The notes below the pieces were generated by a model. The model was given only the letters and a program-made list of their open reading frames with translations, was not told the DNA's origin and did no database searches. Shown here one piece after another: positions 47,825-61,102 of a stretch of DNA of 64,000 bases. The stretch covers positions 82,939,093 through 83,003,092 of the forward strand of contig JASCQW010000043.1 of NCBI GenBank assembly GCA_030264375.1, given 5' to 3'. How positions within the stretch are numbered: position 1 is the stretch's first letter; every line of letters starts with the position of its first letter. Made by a program: the position numbers and the translations under genes. Source of the DNA: Carcharhinus longimanus. Taxonomy: Eukaryota.

Positions 47825-47930
47825 TGAGTTTGTTCATTAGTGTCACAAGTAGGCTTACATTAACATTTCATTGAAGTTACTGTGAAAATCCCCTAGTCGT
47901 TGCACTCCGGTGCCTATTCGGATACGCTGA
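47825..47930 (-). mobile_element. V-SINE 3' tail fragment
   Basis: GTCACAAGTAGGCTTACATTAAC..GAAGTTACTGTGAAAATCCCCTAGTCG. Confidence 0.75.
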
Positions 47931-48054
47931 GAGTGGGGACAGTGGGTTTTGCAGAGCAAGTGGGTATGAAGAAAGCCAGGATACCATCTAAGCAGGTGAC
48001 TTTGATGTGCAAAGGGCACTCCCTGAAGATAGTTTCTCTCCCACCTTTCACAGT

Positions 48055-49720
48055 GACCAGGATTGGGTGCTCAGCATTCCAGAGTCTGCAATGTTTCAAG
48101 AGAACAGGCCAAAGGGGAAAGGAGATGGGGGGGTGGTGGGGGGTGGAGGGTGGTAGCATTGTTTATCAAGGAATGTTTCAGAGCAGTGCTGTGTCATGAT
48201 ATAAAGGCAGTGGATAGTGATGTAGAGTCGTTTTGGGTTGAAATCATGAATAGCAGGGGAAGGAAGATGAGTAGGTGTAGTCTGTAGACACCTACAATGT
48301 GACTCAAGAAGTCAGTGCGTAAATGGGGAAATATCAAGGGTATGTTTAAAGGAAACTGCAATTATCATGGGAGATTATATTGATTGGATAAAACAAACCA
48401 GCAAGGGTAGCATAGAAGAAGAATTAGTGGAATGCATCAAGGAATGTTTTTTAGAGCAATGTGTTGCAGAACCTACCCAGGGATGGGCTATTTTAGATTT
48501 GGTTTTGTGTAACAAAGAAGTTAATAAGGGATCTTGTAGTTAAACATCCCTAGGGGGTAGTGACCACAATATGATAGAACTCCAGATACAGTTTGTGGGT
48601 GAACGCCATAGGTCCACAACCTGTGCCCTCAACTTAAATAAGGGCAATTATCATGGTATGAGGGAGGAGATGTCTAGGATGAACTGGGTAAACAAGCTTT
48701 TACTAGCTGAACCTGCAAGCTAACTTTCTGTATCCTTGTATCAGATCTGTCTGAATTCTGTCTGAATGTCAACATTTAAAAGTTTCATGCCTTTTAAAAA
48801 ATGTTCTGCTTTTAATTCTTACTTCCCATCTCGGACACCTTGTTTACTCATCTAACCAGTCTCTTTAAGTCCTCCTTTCACTTTCAATTTAAATAAGGCC
48901 AATTTTAGTGGTATGAAGGAGGAGTTGTTTAAGGTGAACTGGGTAAACAAGTTGAGCAGAAATTCAAACAGCTGATCTAAAACAGTCAGCAGGAGTTTAT
49001 CCCTATCAAAAAGAGGGATTCCACAAGAAAAGGGCACAATCCATGAAGGTTAAGAATAATGTTGCATTGAAAAACAGCATAAATAAAGTGACAAGGGATA
49101 GTGGAAGACCAAAGGACTGGGATTTTTTTGGATCCAGCAGCAAAAGACCATAAAGCTCATAAGGGTAAATATGAATTTTGAGAGAAAACTTGCATATAGC
49201 ATTTAAACAAACAGAGTTTATGTGGATATATAAAAAGGAAACGGGCAGCGAAGGTATATCTACTGAATGAGGTAGATGAATTGAAAATAGCAAACAAAGA
49301 AATGGCAGGTATGCTAAATTAACTTTTGCATCAGTTTTCACTGTGGAAGACATTGCAACTATCCCTAAGATATCAGACGGGCTGATTTCAAATAACATGG
49401 TAGAACTTACAAAAATCCCAATCACAAGCGACAGAGTATTAGAGAAACTCAAGGGGCTAAAAGTAGACAAGTCGCCAGGACCCAATGAACTGCATGCCAC
49501 GGTTTTGATGGATGTGGCTACAGGGATAGTGGATTCATTGGTTGCAATTTTTCATAACTCGTTAAACTCTGGGAGGGTACCAGAAGATTGGAAAACAGCC
49601 AATGTGACACACTTGTTTAAAAGGGGAGACAGGCAGAAGGTAGGGAGCTATAAGCCAGTTAATTTAACATCTATTATTGGCAAGATGCTGGAGTTAATTA
49701 TCAAATAGGAAAAAGCTAAT
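48055..49720 (+). mobile_element. CR1 LINE ORF2 remnant (endonuclease to start of RT)
   Basis: LDLVLCN and GSDHNMI endonuclease motifs; VLEKLKGLKVDKSPGP..PEDWKTANVTHLFKRG..YKPVNLTSIIGKMLE. Confidence 0.9.
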
Positions 49721-50372
49721 AANNNNNNNNNNNNNNNNNNNNNNNNNNNNNNNNNNNNNNNNNNNNNNNNNNNNNNNNNNNNNNNNNNNNNNNNNNNNNN
49801 NNNNNNNNNNNNNNNNNNNNNNATCAAGGACATGGCTACCTCGTGGCTCCTTCACAATGAGATCATTACTTACCCACAATCAGGAATCTATTAATCTCTT
49901 AAACATGTTTATTAATCAGAAATAATTACTTGCCATAAATCGATAGTGTAAAGTACTGCTTCTCTTTGCAGTCACCGTTTAACTGAACGATGGAAGAAGC
50001 TGGAGGTATGATGATCTAAGAATCTTACCTGTCTGTGCTACACACTAATGCCTCATCGTGGACACCCGTGGTGAGGATAATGCGACAGTCCAATGATAAG
50101 GAGATTGATTTCACTCCTCCAGAACGACATGAATGACACTGAGTTTCAGAATGCAGTGCCTGCAGAGTGAAAAGTCAGGCTTTAGTTTGGCATGAGGCGT
50201 CCCTGGGTAAACACCAAAGGAAGCAATAATTCATTTAAACTCAAACATCAACCAGCAGGAGACTCCCGCATCATCCCAAAGGTATGTATGTGAGTGAGCG
50301 ATGGGAGAGATAATGCTGCAGCACCAGGGTTGAGACTTCATTTCCATTTCTTATAAGTTAGGAATGTAACAA

Positions 50373-50668
50373 CAGTGGCACAGTGCCACAGTGGATTAGC
50401 ACTGCTGCCTCCCAGCACTAGGGACATGGGTTCAATTCCAGCCTCGGGTCACCGTCTGTGCGGAGTCTGCATTTCTCCCCGTGTCTGTGTGTGTTTGCTC
50501 CGGTTTCCTCCCACAGTCTGAAAGATGTGCAGGTTAGGGGGATTGGCCATGCTAAATTCTCCCCCAGTTTATCTGAACAGGCACCAGAGTGTGGCGGCTA
50601 GGGGATTTTCATAGTAACTTCATTGCAGTGTTAATGTATGCCTGCTTGTGACAATAATAAATAAACTT
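50373..50668 (+). mobile_element. V-SINE, full length
   Basis: tRNA head (CAGTGGATTAGCACTGCTGCCTC, GGTTCAATTCC), V-domain CTCCGGTTTCCTCCCACAGTC, tail ending AATAATAAATAAAC. Confidence 0.88.
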
Positions 50669-50677
50669 AAAAAAAGC

Positions 50678-51390
50678 CAGAGGCCATTCAACCCACTGAG
50701 CCTGCTCCACCATTCAATATGATCATGGCTGATCAGACACAGCAGTGCCTTTTACCTCTATTACCCCCATAATCATTACCTTATTATTAATCAGAAGTCT
50801 GACAATCTCTGTTTTAAACACACTCAGTGACTGAGCTTTCTCTGGGTGAGGAGAATTCCAAACATTCACAACCCTCTGTGTAAAAACATTTCTCCCCACC
50901 TCAGTCCCGAGCAACTTCTCCCTTATTTCGTAATTTTGCCCCTGGTTCCAGACTCCCCAGCCAAGGGAAACATCGTACCCTCATCTCCCCCCGTCTATCC
51001 CTGGCAGTATTTAGATGGTCTAAATGAGATCATCTCTCATTTTTCGTAACTCCAGAGAATACCGGCTCAGTTTCCCCAATCTCTCTTTATAAAACAAGCC
51101 TGCCAGCCCCACAACAAGTCAGGTGAACTTTTGTTCCACTCTTTCTCTGGCAATACCATCCCTTCAAAGGTAAGAGAACCAAAGTTGCACGCTGTATTCC
51201 AAGTATGGTCTAACCAGGCTCCTATATAATTGAAGCAAGACTTTGCTACTTCTGTACTCAAACGCTCTTGTGAGAAAGGCTAACATCTCTTTAGCCTTCC
51301 TAAAGCTTTGCTGCATCTGCATGCTACCCTTCAGGAACTTACTGATGAAGATTACCCAGGTCCCTTTGTCTATCCACACTTTCTAATTTC
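50678..51390 (-). mobile_element. CR1 LINE 3' portion
   Basis: Minus ORFs LQLYRSLVRPYLEYSVQLW and RNVFTQRVVNVWNS. Confidence 0.85.
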
Positions 51391-51629
51391 TTACTGTTGT
51401 GACATTAGTGTATCTTTCAGAAATGTGTGTTTTTTAGATCATGTTCTCTGCGGTTGTAAGCTGGCCTTTTAGTTTCATTATTGTCAGGCTGTCTGGTTAG
51501 AAGTCCTTTTATTGCTGCTTCAGTGGTTTAAATGGGGCTTAGTTTGTTTTTACTCTGGGCCTCAGATACTTTCTGGGATTCGTTTTATGAGCCTGTGTTG
51601 TTAGGGGGAAGACTGGTGGGCAGGTTGTG

Positions 51630-52447
51630 ATGAGGATATTGTGATTCTGCAACAGAATGTAGATAGATTGGATGATTAGGTGAAAACATGGCAAATGGAG
51701 TTTGTGGGGAAGTGTGAGGTCATGCACTTCAGTCAGTCGGAAGAATGAAAAGGCAGATTATTGTCTAAATGGGCAGAGACTGCAGGTGAGTGAAGTACAG
51801 AAGAAAATAGGCATTCTAGTGCGCGAATCACAAAAATCTGGCAGGCAGGTCCAACAAGTAGTTAAGAAGGCAAACAGCAATTTGGCCTTTATTGCAAAGG
51901 GGTTGGAGTTTAAACATAGGGCAGTTTTATTGCAGTTTTATCCTAGAAAGGATATAGTAACATTGGAGGCAGTCCACAGGAGATTCACCAGGCTAATTCC
52001 TGGGATATCCTATTAAGAGAGACAAAATAGTCTGGGTCTGTATTTCTTGGAGTTTATAGAAGTGAGGGATGACTTATTCAAACATGTAAGATTCTGAGAG
52101 TGATTGACAGGGTAGGTGGTGAGATGTTTTCACTAGGCGGAGAGCCTCAAACAAGGGGACATAGCCACAAGATAAAGGGCTGTTCATTTAAAACTGAGGT
52201 GCATAGAAGTTTCTTCTTGTAGAGGGTGGTGAATCTCTGGAATTCTCCACCCCAAAGGGTGGCAAAGGTTGGACCATTGGAGTGGAGGTGGATAAATACT
52301 TGATAGGTCGAGAAATAGAGGGCTATGGGGAAATGGCACAAAAAAGGAGTTGAGGCCAGCTGGCATAGATCAGCCATGATCATATTGAATGCCCGGATAG
52401 GCTTGAAGGGCCTGGTGGCCCCTCCTGTTTCTATTTCTTGTGTTCCT
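51630..52447 (+). mobile_element. CR1 LINE 3' portion
   Basis: QVQQVVKKANSNLAFIAKGLEFK..LEAVHRRFTRLIPG; RVVNLWNS; CR1 3' UTR. Confidence 0.88.
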
Positions 52448-52587
52448 TTCCGTACTTTCAAAAATGTTTTAAAAAAACAGCCTGCCCCACTGTCTACAGC
52501 AATCATATTATGGCATCGGCAGTGTAGTATTGGGGTCAGTTCACATGGTAACAAGCTCAATTGACTTTTAATTATTTATTTACATAT

Positions 52588-52717
52588 GGTGGGTGATTTG
52601 CCGATTTTGACGCCATCTGCTTATCATGTGATGGGGGCGAGTTCAGGGGTGGGTGAAAAGAGGGTGGTTGGGCATCCGCCGAAAACACGTTCAGCTGAGG
52701 CATGTGAAATCCACCCT
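52588..52717. mobile_element. Harbinger-type MITE
   Basis: Ends GGGTGATTT and AAATCCACCC; CpG-rich interior. Confidence 0.45.
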
Positions 52718-53749
52718 CAACTCTGTTCCATTTGCAGTGGGCTGAATGTTAATTAACCTGATATATTGTAATTCTCATTTAAATGCAAATAATTAATATT
52801 GACAGTCACTGCGTTCAAAATGTCAGTTATCATTCGACCTTGAACTCAGTTTGCAAACCCATATTTCTTGAAGAAGAAAAGAATGAATACTCCAGGAAAA
52901 CCAGTCATTACAATAGAAAGTAGCTGAGTTAATCGTCCTGCTAGCCAGTGACCAAATTTGTTCATGGTGACCAGAGAAAAATGTCTTCTGCCTCCATCCC
53001 AGACTCTCCATCCTTTCCAGAGGAAAGAGGAAGTGTGCTGATGATAAACAAAATTTCATCAGAAAAAGGGTTACTTTGAAATTACCAGTAAATTATATCT
53101 AATATAAGGTGATAGCTCCTCTCACCACCACCCCCTCTGCCCCCCACATGTTAACTGTAAGCCTTCACCTCACCCAAGTCTATTTTTTAAAAAAATCTAT
53201 GATGCTGTGTTTTAGTGAAGATGCCGGTGTTGGAGAAGGGTACAGTTTTCCCATCCAAGCCTTTATTGTCAGCACCAAGCATTCCAAGACCAGGTATTCC
53301 ACAACCAGTTTAGAGCAAGGTTTTCTAACCGAAATGCACCATAACTTGAACCACTGAACGGCACTCAGTTCCCTACACGCAGTCATCCTCTGTTTTCTGA
53401 TTGAGATTCCTATCAGTGTTAGTTTTATGCAGCTGGTCCATATGTAGTCCATTCATCAGACTAAGATTATCCAACTTCACTGCACAGAAGATAGCAATCG
53501 CTGGAAGCTAGGGGATACTTTTATCCTGTTTGTTTGGGGTAGATTTCTCTCCAGACCCCAGATGTAAAAGGAAGTTTTCTAACCTGTTGGTCCACCAAGG
53601 ATCTCTTGATTTATAAGGTTTTTTTTAAACATGTAACTTACTGAATGTGGTGTACATCTGAATTACATGTGGGTTAAAGTTATTTTTTCATGAATTATCA
53701 GAGACATGAAAAATATTAAACCAGGTTTTTACTATTTGTTTCATTGCAG

Positions 53750-53898
53750 TATTTTCACCTTCCAGTAGTCAGGACTCAGGTTTGATCTCTCTGTCCAGCA
53801 GTTCCCCTGTCAGCACCGGAAGCATTAAACAAGAGTGTGAATCTGTCACCGAGTCTGGCACCTTCTCTGTCGATTCCATTATTGAGAGTGCAGAGTGA
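53750..53898 (+). CDS. DMRT1: DMRT1 terminal coding exon (orthologous to human exon 5), including the TGA stop
   Basis: Acceptor tttgtttcattgcag; phase-1 join G|TA gives [49 protein letters not shown], matching human [51 protein letters not shown]; too short for the ORF track. Confidence 0.96.
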
Positions 53899-56800
53899 GT
53901 AATGAGAATGATGCTTAAACTGCTGGAATTACAAAGCATGAATCTGAAAAGAGTATTTTAGCATCTGCTAAAATGGAGAAAAACTGTTTTTGTTGTATTT
54001 CTTACACTGTTGTTGAATAGTTTCAAAAACTACAGTTCAATAAATAATGCCACAGCAATTAATTACTAACCCTTTGCCACCCTGACTGAAAGCATTACTT
54101 GATAGTGTATTTTTTTGCCAGGCTGCATACACTGTTCTTTGGCTCTGAATTAACAGATACAAATTTTTACGCATCATGTGTACACATGGGCAGTCTAATT
54201 AGTTGTTGAACAATGGGCTGATTTTCAAAGGTCTGGCAACTGTATGGGCCATAACAGATTTTGTGATCTTTTTTGAACTGCAATTTGCATATGCTGGACT
54301 GAAAGCTTCACACATGCTCACAGATTACACTTTTTTTTGTAATCAAAGGTTATATAGAATTAATCTTGTCAAAATAAATCACTGTATAATTATCAAGAAC
54401 TGATCACTAAAGTCATGACTTTGTATCAGGATTTGTCAGGCTCTTTGGTAAGCACGGGTCAACCGAATTGGTTTGGCATCCAAATATGTATCCACACCCC
54501 TCGATCTGTATTACATGTCATTCAGGTTTTCTTTTTAATTTTTCTCAGGGCAAAATTGAAGTCAGATATTGAGATTTGATATGTTTTCTATTAAGTTCAT
54601 GCATAAGCCATGAAATTTTGCTATTTTTCATCCTAGCCAACCATGTGATTGAAATTCCACTGTGCAATATTAGTAGCATGTTCTCATGAAATTCCCCTGT
54701 TCTGCAATTTTAGTAAAGGTAGCAACTCATTAAAAAAAATGCTTCCATTAAAAGGCAAATACATTTGGTACAAACATGTTCATTACTAATCAAACAAAGC
54801 ATATTCCGCCTACATAATATTTAACCAAGAAAATAGTGAAAACATGATATACCCTTGATACTCAGGAGTGGTGGGTATTTCTGCCTTAATTAGAAACACA
54901 ATTTAGTAAAATCTTTCAAACTGCAGATGTTTGTTAATGACATAAATTACTTTTTGGGAAAATGAAAGACTCAAAAGTCCAACCATGTTAAGGTTTGCAA
55001 CCATGAATAAACCTCTCATCTATCCCCACATATATGTACCCTTGTGGTGGCGGATGATGTTTTCTCTTCAATAATCATTCATTTATATTTTGTAAATTAA
55101 GCACTGAAGATACGAGTGTGAATTTTTACATAAAAGAAAATCACAAGCGATAAGATGTTCTTATATCATGAACTTGCTGAAAATCAGACCCAGAATTTGA
55201 TTAATACAGTTTTATTTCCCCTGTACCCAAAGTAATCATTAAACAAAACTACAGAGTTCAAACAGTACTTAAGACCTTTGTATGCAACCTCAATGCTTGT
55301 ATAATAAGTTGAATATGTATAGTATTGTATTTCATATAATAACTGTGACACAATCGAAAGCAATTGCTGAAGGCATTGATACTTTGTCCTCATCAGGCTT
55401 TTGTCGCAAACTAGTCTAGGGTGGCAAATGAAAATTAAGTATATTTTGCAGCATTGCCATATAGTGGGTCATTTTAAGAATAATTTTTTTGTCTGTAAAG
55501 TAACTTTCAACTGTAATGTGTGCAGGGTGTTTCTGCATTTGGTTTGATGCATGTGCAATTATTGTTAATTTTATTTTTATTTATTTGCATATATATGTGC
55601 GTGTTTATGTATGTATGTATGATATTTTTTCCACCAGAATGTAGAAAAGATGTAATTGTTTGGTTACACCTCAGCAAATTCAGAACAAATTGGCTCAGGA
55701 AGGCCATTTCTTTTGTGTGTTAAATTTAAGACAGATGCTTGTATTAAATGAAAACAACTCAGTCTGGGGAAGAGCTCAACCTCTGCGTGTTACATGTAAT
55801 CAGTATTGACATTAAAAAATTATGTGGGTAGGGGAGGACTTTCTGCAGGGGTCTTCCAATCCATTTCTGATGAAGGACCATGGGGCTCCAGATTAACAAC
55901 ACTTTTCCAAGGTGGATAAGACTTGTCCCATTAATGTTACAACAAATGTTTGCAAACCATCCCCACAATCTATCCCTCCCCCCATAAAAATTCACCCCCA
56001 AGAAATTTTGTGTTTTCCCACCTTTGTGTCCATTTATTTTTCTCTTTCACCTTTGGATTTTTTGAAATTAATTTTATAGCATACCCTTCTTACTGGTCTT
56101 TCCTACAAGTCCTTTCAATTATTTTAAAGTCAAGTATTGTTGATGACAGATGCAATAATCTCATTCATACATCTGTCCTGTTGCAACTCATGTCCACGGA
56201 ATTGGTTAGCTGCAAATGAGACGTAGAAGGGAAAGAAAATACAATATCTGGTGGCCTAGTTCCTATAAAATAGAAGCCCTAGTAGAGTGGAAGATCATAG
56301 CTGTGCCATTTTTTTATTCTTAGACTTCTTCTTAGATTTGGTTCTCTTATCTATTACAGACTGCTATGTCAAATTATTATCTGTGGAATTCAGTATGAAC
56401 CATTCTTCCACTTAAGTGGCCTGTCTAAAGCATAATTTCTTTGAATCGGATTTACACTGCAGCTGTAACATCAGTATGAAGATGCTTCAATTTGGACCCA
56501 TCCTGTAGTTGCAGAGCACATATGGTGACACTAAAACAAAATGGGAAGGGATGTCTCATTCCACTTGACTTCAGAGTCACTTCAATCCTTAACACTGCTT
56601 TCTACTATAAATGTTTAGTAGTGACATTAAAGCTGGAATCAGGCAAAGCATACTGATGTTAAATGTGTAATGTGAGTACACACAAAGTGTTCCTTTTTCT
56701 GGCTTTTTTTGCTCATTAAAATAACTCACTATATGAACTTGTTTATTTTTATGTAGGGGATTGGAAAACGTTATAAGCAGAAAAATCTTTTTAAAAATTG

Positions 56801-57890
56801 CTTATTTGTAGAAGTGTTACTGTTAAGGCATGAATTTTTAGGGTTAAACTGGTAAAACCAGACTATATTCTACTTCAGCCCCTCTTTGCAAAAGGCAGAA
56901 ATAATTGCTCATTGTTGCCAAGTCTTAAAACCGTGCACTCAAAACGGGGAATCACTGTTAACTGTTGAAATCTGGTAAACATTTCTCCTGATCACTATGT
57001 TAGTTTCATTGTAAACAGAGTAGGAAGATTTTGTATATTAGTTGAAAGTGTTCTGAAGGAGCATATTTATGATTTTACTGGGAGTAGCAATAAGACTAAA
57101 TCTTCTTGCTGTGTTTACAAAATCTCTTAACACTTAGCACGCAGAGGAGGTCTTCCTGACTCCCAGAGTTTGCTCTGATGATGATGATCTGAGAAAAAAA
57201 ACAGGACGCTGTGATTCTGATTTCCTATTCACAAGTCTTGCATGAAAGAAGTGTAATTAAAAGAGTCATTTCACCCAACTTGTTCTTCATAGTGGGCAGA
57301 GGTTTCAGTGTTGGCAGGGGTGTAAAAGGACAATACTGCATTAACTGAGCATAAACTCCACCCAATTTGCCTTTGACTCGGAGTGGGTGGGGGGTGCAAT
57401 GTGAGGAGGAATGTGCCCATCCAATATCACACATTTACACCTGAAGTTACAAATTCTGGTGAATGCCTCCAGTGAATCTCAAACTTGACATTTTGAACAT
57501 TTAATATTTTCACCCAATTTTAGATTTTTAAATGGATTTCATATAAAATAATTTCCTGACTTTCATTACAAAAAAACCTTGAAGAAATCATGCCTTGCTT
57601 ACTGTTACTAAACAGTAATTATTTTTGGTGTTGTTTACATTAATGCATTTTACCAAGTGTTTTTGAACAATTTGGTTCTGTGTTGTAAGTTTTTGTCTTT
57701 TTATAGAATATCTGATAACATGATTGTAAGCATCAAGGACATACACAGTCGTCGCTGACTTAGTGTCAGATGAAATTTTTGAATTGTATTGAATTTCTTG
57801 GCAGATATATATTTGATGCTGGATAGAAAAAAAAGAAATTACTTGTATTTTCTTTGCTTTCTGCATTAAAAATGTCTCTTTGATTTCACC
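53899..57890 (+). other. DMRT1: Putative DMRT1 3' UTR; end uncertain
   Basis: AT-rich with no recognisable TEs; AATAAA at 54039, 54373 and 55006, and ATTAAA at 57865. Confidence 0.4.
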
Positions 57891-59123
57891 ACATCCATTG
57901 TAATCAATAACTTGGCCATCTTGTTTTTTTTATTAAATGCACTTACTCTTAATTTCATCCACCAGTGGTTTTAGGGAGAATAATGTTGAGTTACCTATAT
58001 AGGTCTGACATTATAAATCACTTCTTGAGACCAAATTGTATGGTAGTATCGATTGATCCTGATATATCACAGAAATTTACTGTCACTTCTGTTTTCAATT
58101 AAAGATACAATCAGTCAGATAATGACTTAATTGGATTTCACAGAAGATTGAGTTTTATTACCCTGTGGTTTACGAGTTTAGTTAAGAAAGACCATTTCAT
58201 CACACTTGTCAGGCTGCAGCATGAGTATGCCCTGGCCCTGTAGTAACAAGCCTCAATGGTAGAGAAACCAAGATAGGAGCTGTTGGTGGGTATTCATTCC
58301 ATACCTGTCTGTTGCAATATCTTATTAAAATCAATAAAACACACTTTAAACAATCAAAATGGCCAGTATTTTGTTGCACTTTCATGTTATGTTTCAAATG
58401 TATTAGTAAATGATAAATTCCTCCTGAGGCAAAATGAATCCAACAAGACAGTGCTCATTATTAGTGAATAATTCATAGTAAAAATTAAATCTCCAACAAC
58501 AATGTAAGAAATCATAAAACCTGGTTAAGCAATGTTAATTACTGTAAATGATTATGTAAGGGGATACACCTTCAGATATCAACCTCATAATTTATTGTGA
58601 TGATTCTCTGATTCTTGGGAAATGTGATACTGTTACTAATGCATGATGCATTGTGCAAAGGCATCACTCTTGTTGAAGTGTCATAATTTTATTCATCTAC
58701 AAAAAGAATATGGTTAAAATCAAGGAACAGGTAATTGAGTTTTATACATATGCAAAGGAATGAGAGGTTATCAGGAATTCGATGTGGTTTTAGCTTGGGA
58801 GAAATGCACGTATGAAATTTAAAAATGTACCATGTAGCACAGAACAATATTTCCATTGTTCAGTACTGTGATGATTCATAAAGATGGAGAATTGTTCCAT
58901 TCTTCCGCATTCAGTCATTACCTTTATGTGCAGAGAAAGCGCTCAGAATATAAAAAGAGAATTCAGTAAATAAATGCACAATGATCACCTGATAAAGGGG
59001 TTCAGGAGATAGTGTAAAGTGCAGTTTGCAATTTATTGCTGACATCTGCAATCAATGTTATCACTTTGAATTGACTCTCTTGTATACATTTGTATGTGTT
59101 TTTTTAATTTAGCATGTAGCTTT

Positions 59124-59405
59124 AAGGTTATTCGTTTGTGTCACAAGTAGGCTTACATTAACATTGCAATGAAGTTACTGTGACAATCCCCTAATCACCA
59201 CAGGCTGGTGCCTGTTCAGGTACACTAATGGAAAATTTAGCATGGCCAATGCACATAACCAGCACATCTTTCAGACTGTGGGAAGAAATTGGAGCACCCA
59301 GAGAGAACGTGCAGAGTCTACACAGACAGTGACCCAAGCCGGGAATTGAACAGAAATCCCTCATGCTGTGAGGCAGCAATGCTAACCACTGTGCAACCGT
59401 GCTGC
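59124..59405 (-). mobile_element. V-SINE
   Basis: Same tail, V-domain and tRNA head as 50373-50668, reverse orientation. Confidence 0.85.
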
Positions 59406-60796
59406 ACTACTGTGCCAAATCAAATCAAAAATGACCGCCATTCATAATTTTTCCGTTCCTGCCATGGTATGTTTAGCGGTGATGAAGGCAGCCGGCCACT
59501 GTCAACTGAATGTCCCATTGTTCACATCCTCCGCTGCCAGGGTCATCTTCAGCAGGATTAGAAAGTCCCACCAGCGGGTCAGCGGAAAATCCCAACAACT
59601 ATCTTCTGACTTAAAAGTGAGAGTGCTACCTCTGAGCCATGGCTGACACATTAGCCCAGATTTTGCAACAACAATAATGGTGAGGTTCCTAGTGCTCACC
59701 ATCACTGAGGAACTAAAGGCAGCAACATCTGGAATCCACATATGTGCAGTTAAATGTGGAAATCTTTATGTTGCTCCGGAGTTACTTATGTCACCCAGAA
59801 GCTTCACTGCACTGGTATCTTCCTGAGAAACTTGGAATTCAGACAGATGAATTGTGTTAAATTGCGGTCCATACCCACTACAGACTGAACAAACTCTGTA
59901 GAAAATATTCTGGTTTGTCCAATCAAGTATAATTGAATTTTTACTGGTGCGATAAGCAATGCTCCCTCTAAACTGCCATGCAGAAATTGAAAGGAACAAA
60001 TAGGCTGTATGTGAGCAATCGTCCCTTTAAATGTGTACATGTATAACTGTGCAACAAGACAGCCATGCTTAACAAGCAGAAGTTAGAAGGAATGTTGGTG
60101 GTAATTACTAACAAAAAGCCACGGGCACGTCAAATTTACTTTTAATTTTAATGGTCATTGGAGATTTATGTATTTTTATTTCAAACTCCTTTATCTCTCA
60201 TATTTCCATCATTCTTTTTGCTCTATTTCACTTTCTTTACATGATTTGGCAGTCAGCCATTAGAGATGGAAATAAATGCCGCCAGTCTTGCCAACAACCC
60301 TCTATCCCATGAATGATATCCCATGAATGAATTTGAGATATAAGTTCTCTAACCTATTCTTACTGGTTTAGATTCTGAAAACACAAATTAGTCTTCATCG
60401 TGGCACTCAGGGCAACCCTAAGTGAGCGTTCATCCTCCTGGAGGTGAATGCTGGATCATCAGCTACTTCCCATGTGGCTGCCACCTGTATACATCAGAAG
60501 CAAGTGATGGGATGCCATCTTGACATTAAACAGATTAATCAATTGATGTGACACTGGACTTCTGAATTGTGGACATGCAGGTCCAGGCAACACATTTGTA
60601 CATTCCAAAGAAGAAGCATTAAGCTGCAAGAGGGCCTTACACTTGCATTACTTAGAGACAGATATCCAACGTGCAGGTATGAAAATTTTGAAGAACTTAC
60701 GCTGTTGCAAAATGTCGAAGGATTGCAGGATGTTTTTAGAAGTGTTTTGGAATAGGTTCCTGGATTTACCAATGTTGCTGCATCTGCACAAGAATG

Positions 60797-61102
60797 ACGG
60801 GCAGATGCCAGCATTGGATTGGGGTAAACACAGTAAGAAGTCTCACAACACCAGATTAAATTCCAACAGGTTTATTTGGTAGCAAACACCATTAGCTTTT
60901 GGAGCACTACTGCTTTGTCAGGTGAGTGGGAGATCTCATCCTCACTGCTTGACAACACCAATGTTGACAACGTGTTTTCAAGCGACGAGGATGGGATCTC
61001 CCGCTCACCTGACGAAGGAGTAGCGCTCCGAAAGCTAGTGGCATTTGCAGCCAAATAAATCTGTTGGACTTTAACCTGGTGTTGTAAGACTTCTTACTGT
61101 GT
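60797..61102 (-). mobile_element. Penelope-like palindromic insertion (two 131-bp arms plus tail)
   Basis: Arms 60828-60958 and 60972-61102 are inverted; tail 60797-60827 is homologous to the reverse complement of the tail at 5776-5811; flanking repeat TCTG(C/T)ACAAGAATG at 60783-60796 and 61102-61115. Confidence 0.8.
61006..61040 (+). ncRNA. Minimal hammerhead ribozyme motif (Penelope-associated type)
   Basis: CAC-CUGACGA-A-GGAG(uagcg)CUCC-GAAA-GC-UA-GUG: core boxes, stem II hairpin, CAC/GUG stem I, and a palindromic AGCU in place of stem III. Confidence 0.6.

Noticed and set aside
53899-57900. Search for the conserved dmrt1 3' UTR element CUGCUGCAGGU described in fish
   Set aside because: No exact copy seen by eye; only partial CTGCAG matches.
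60303-60330. Tandem TATCCCATGAATGA x2
   Set aside because: Ordinary slippage at the 3' tail of a LINE/SINE fragment (60260-60330).
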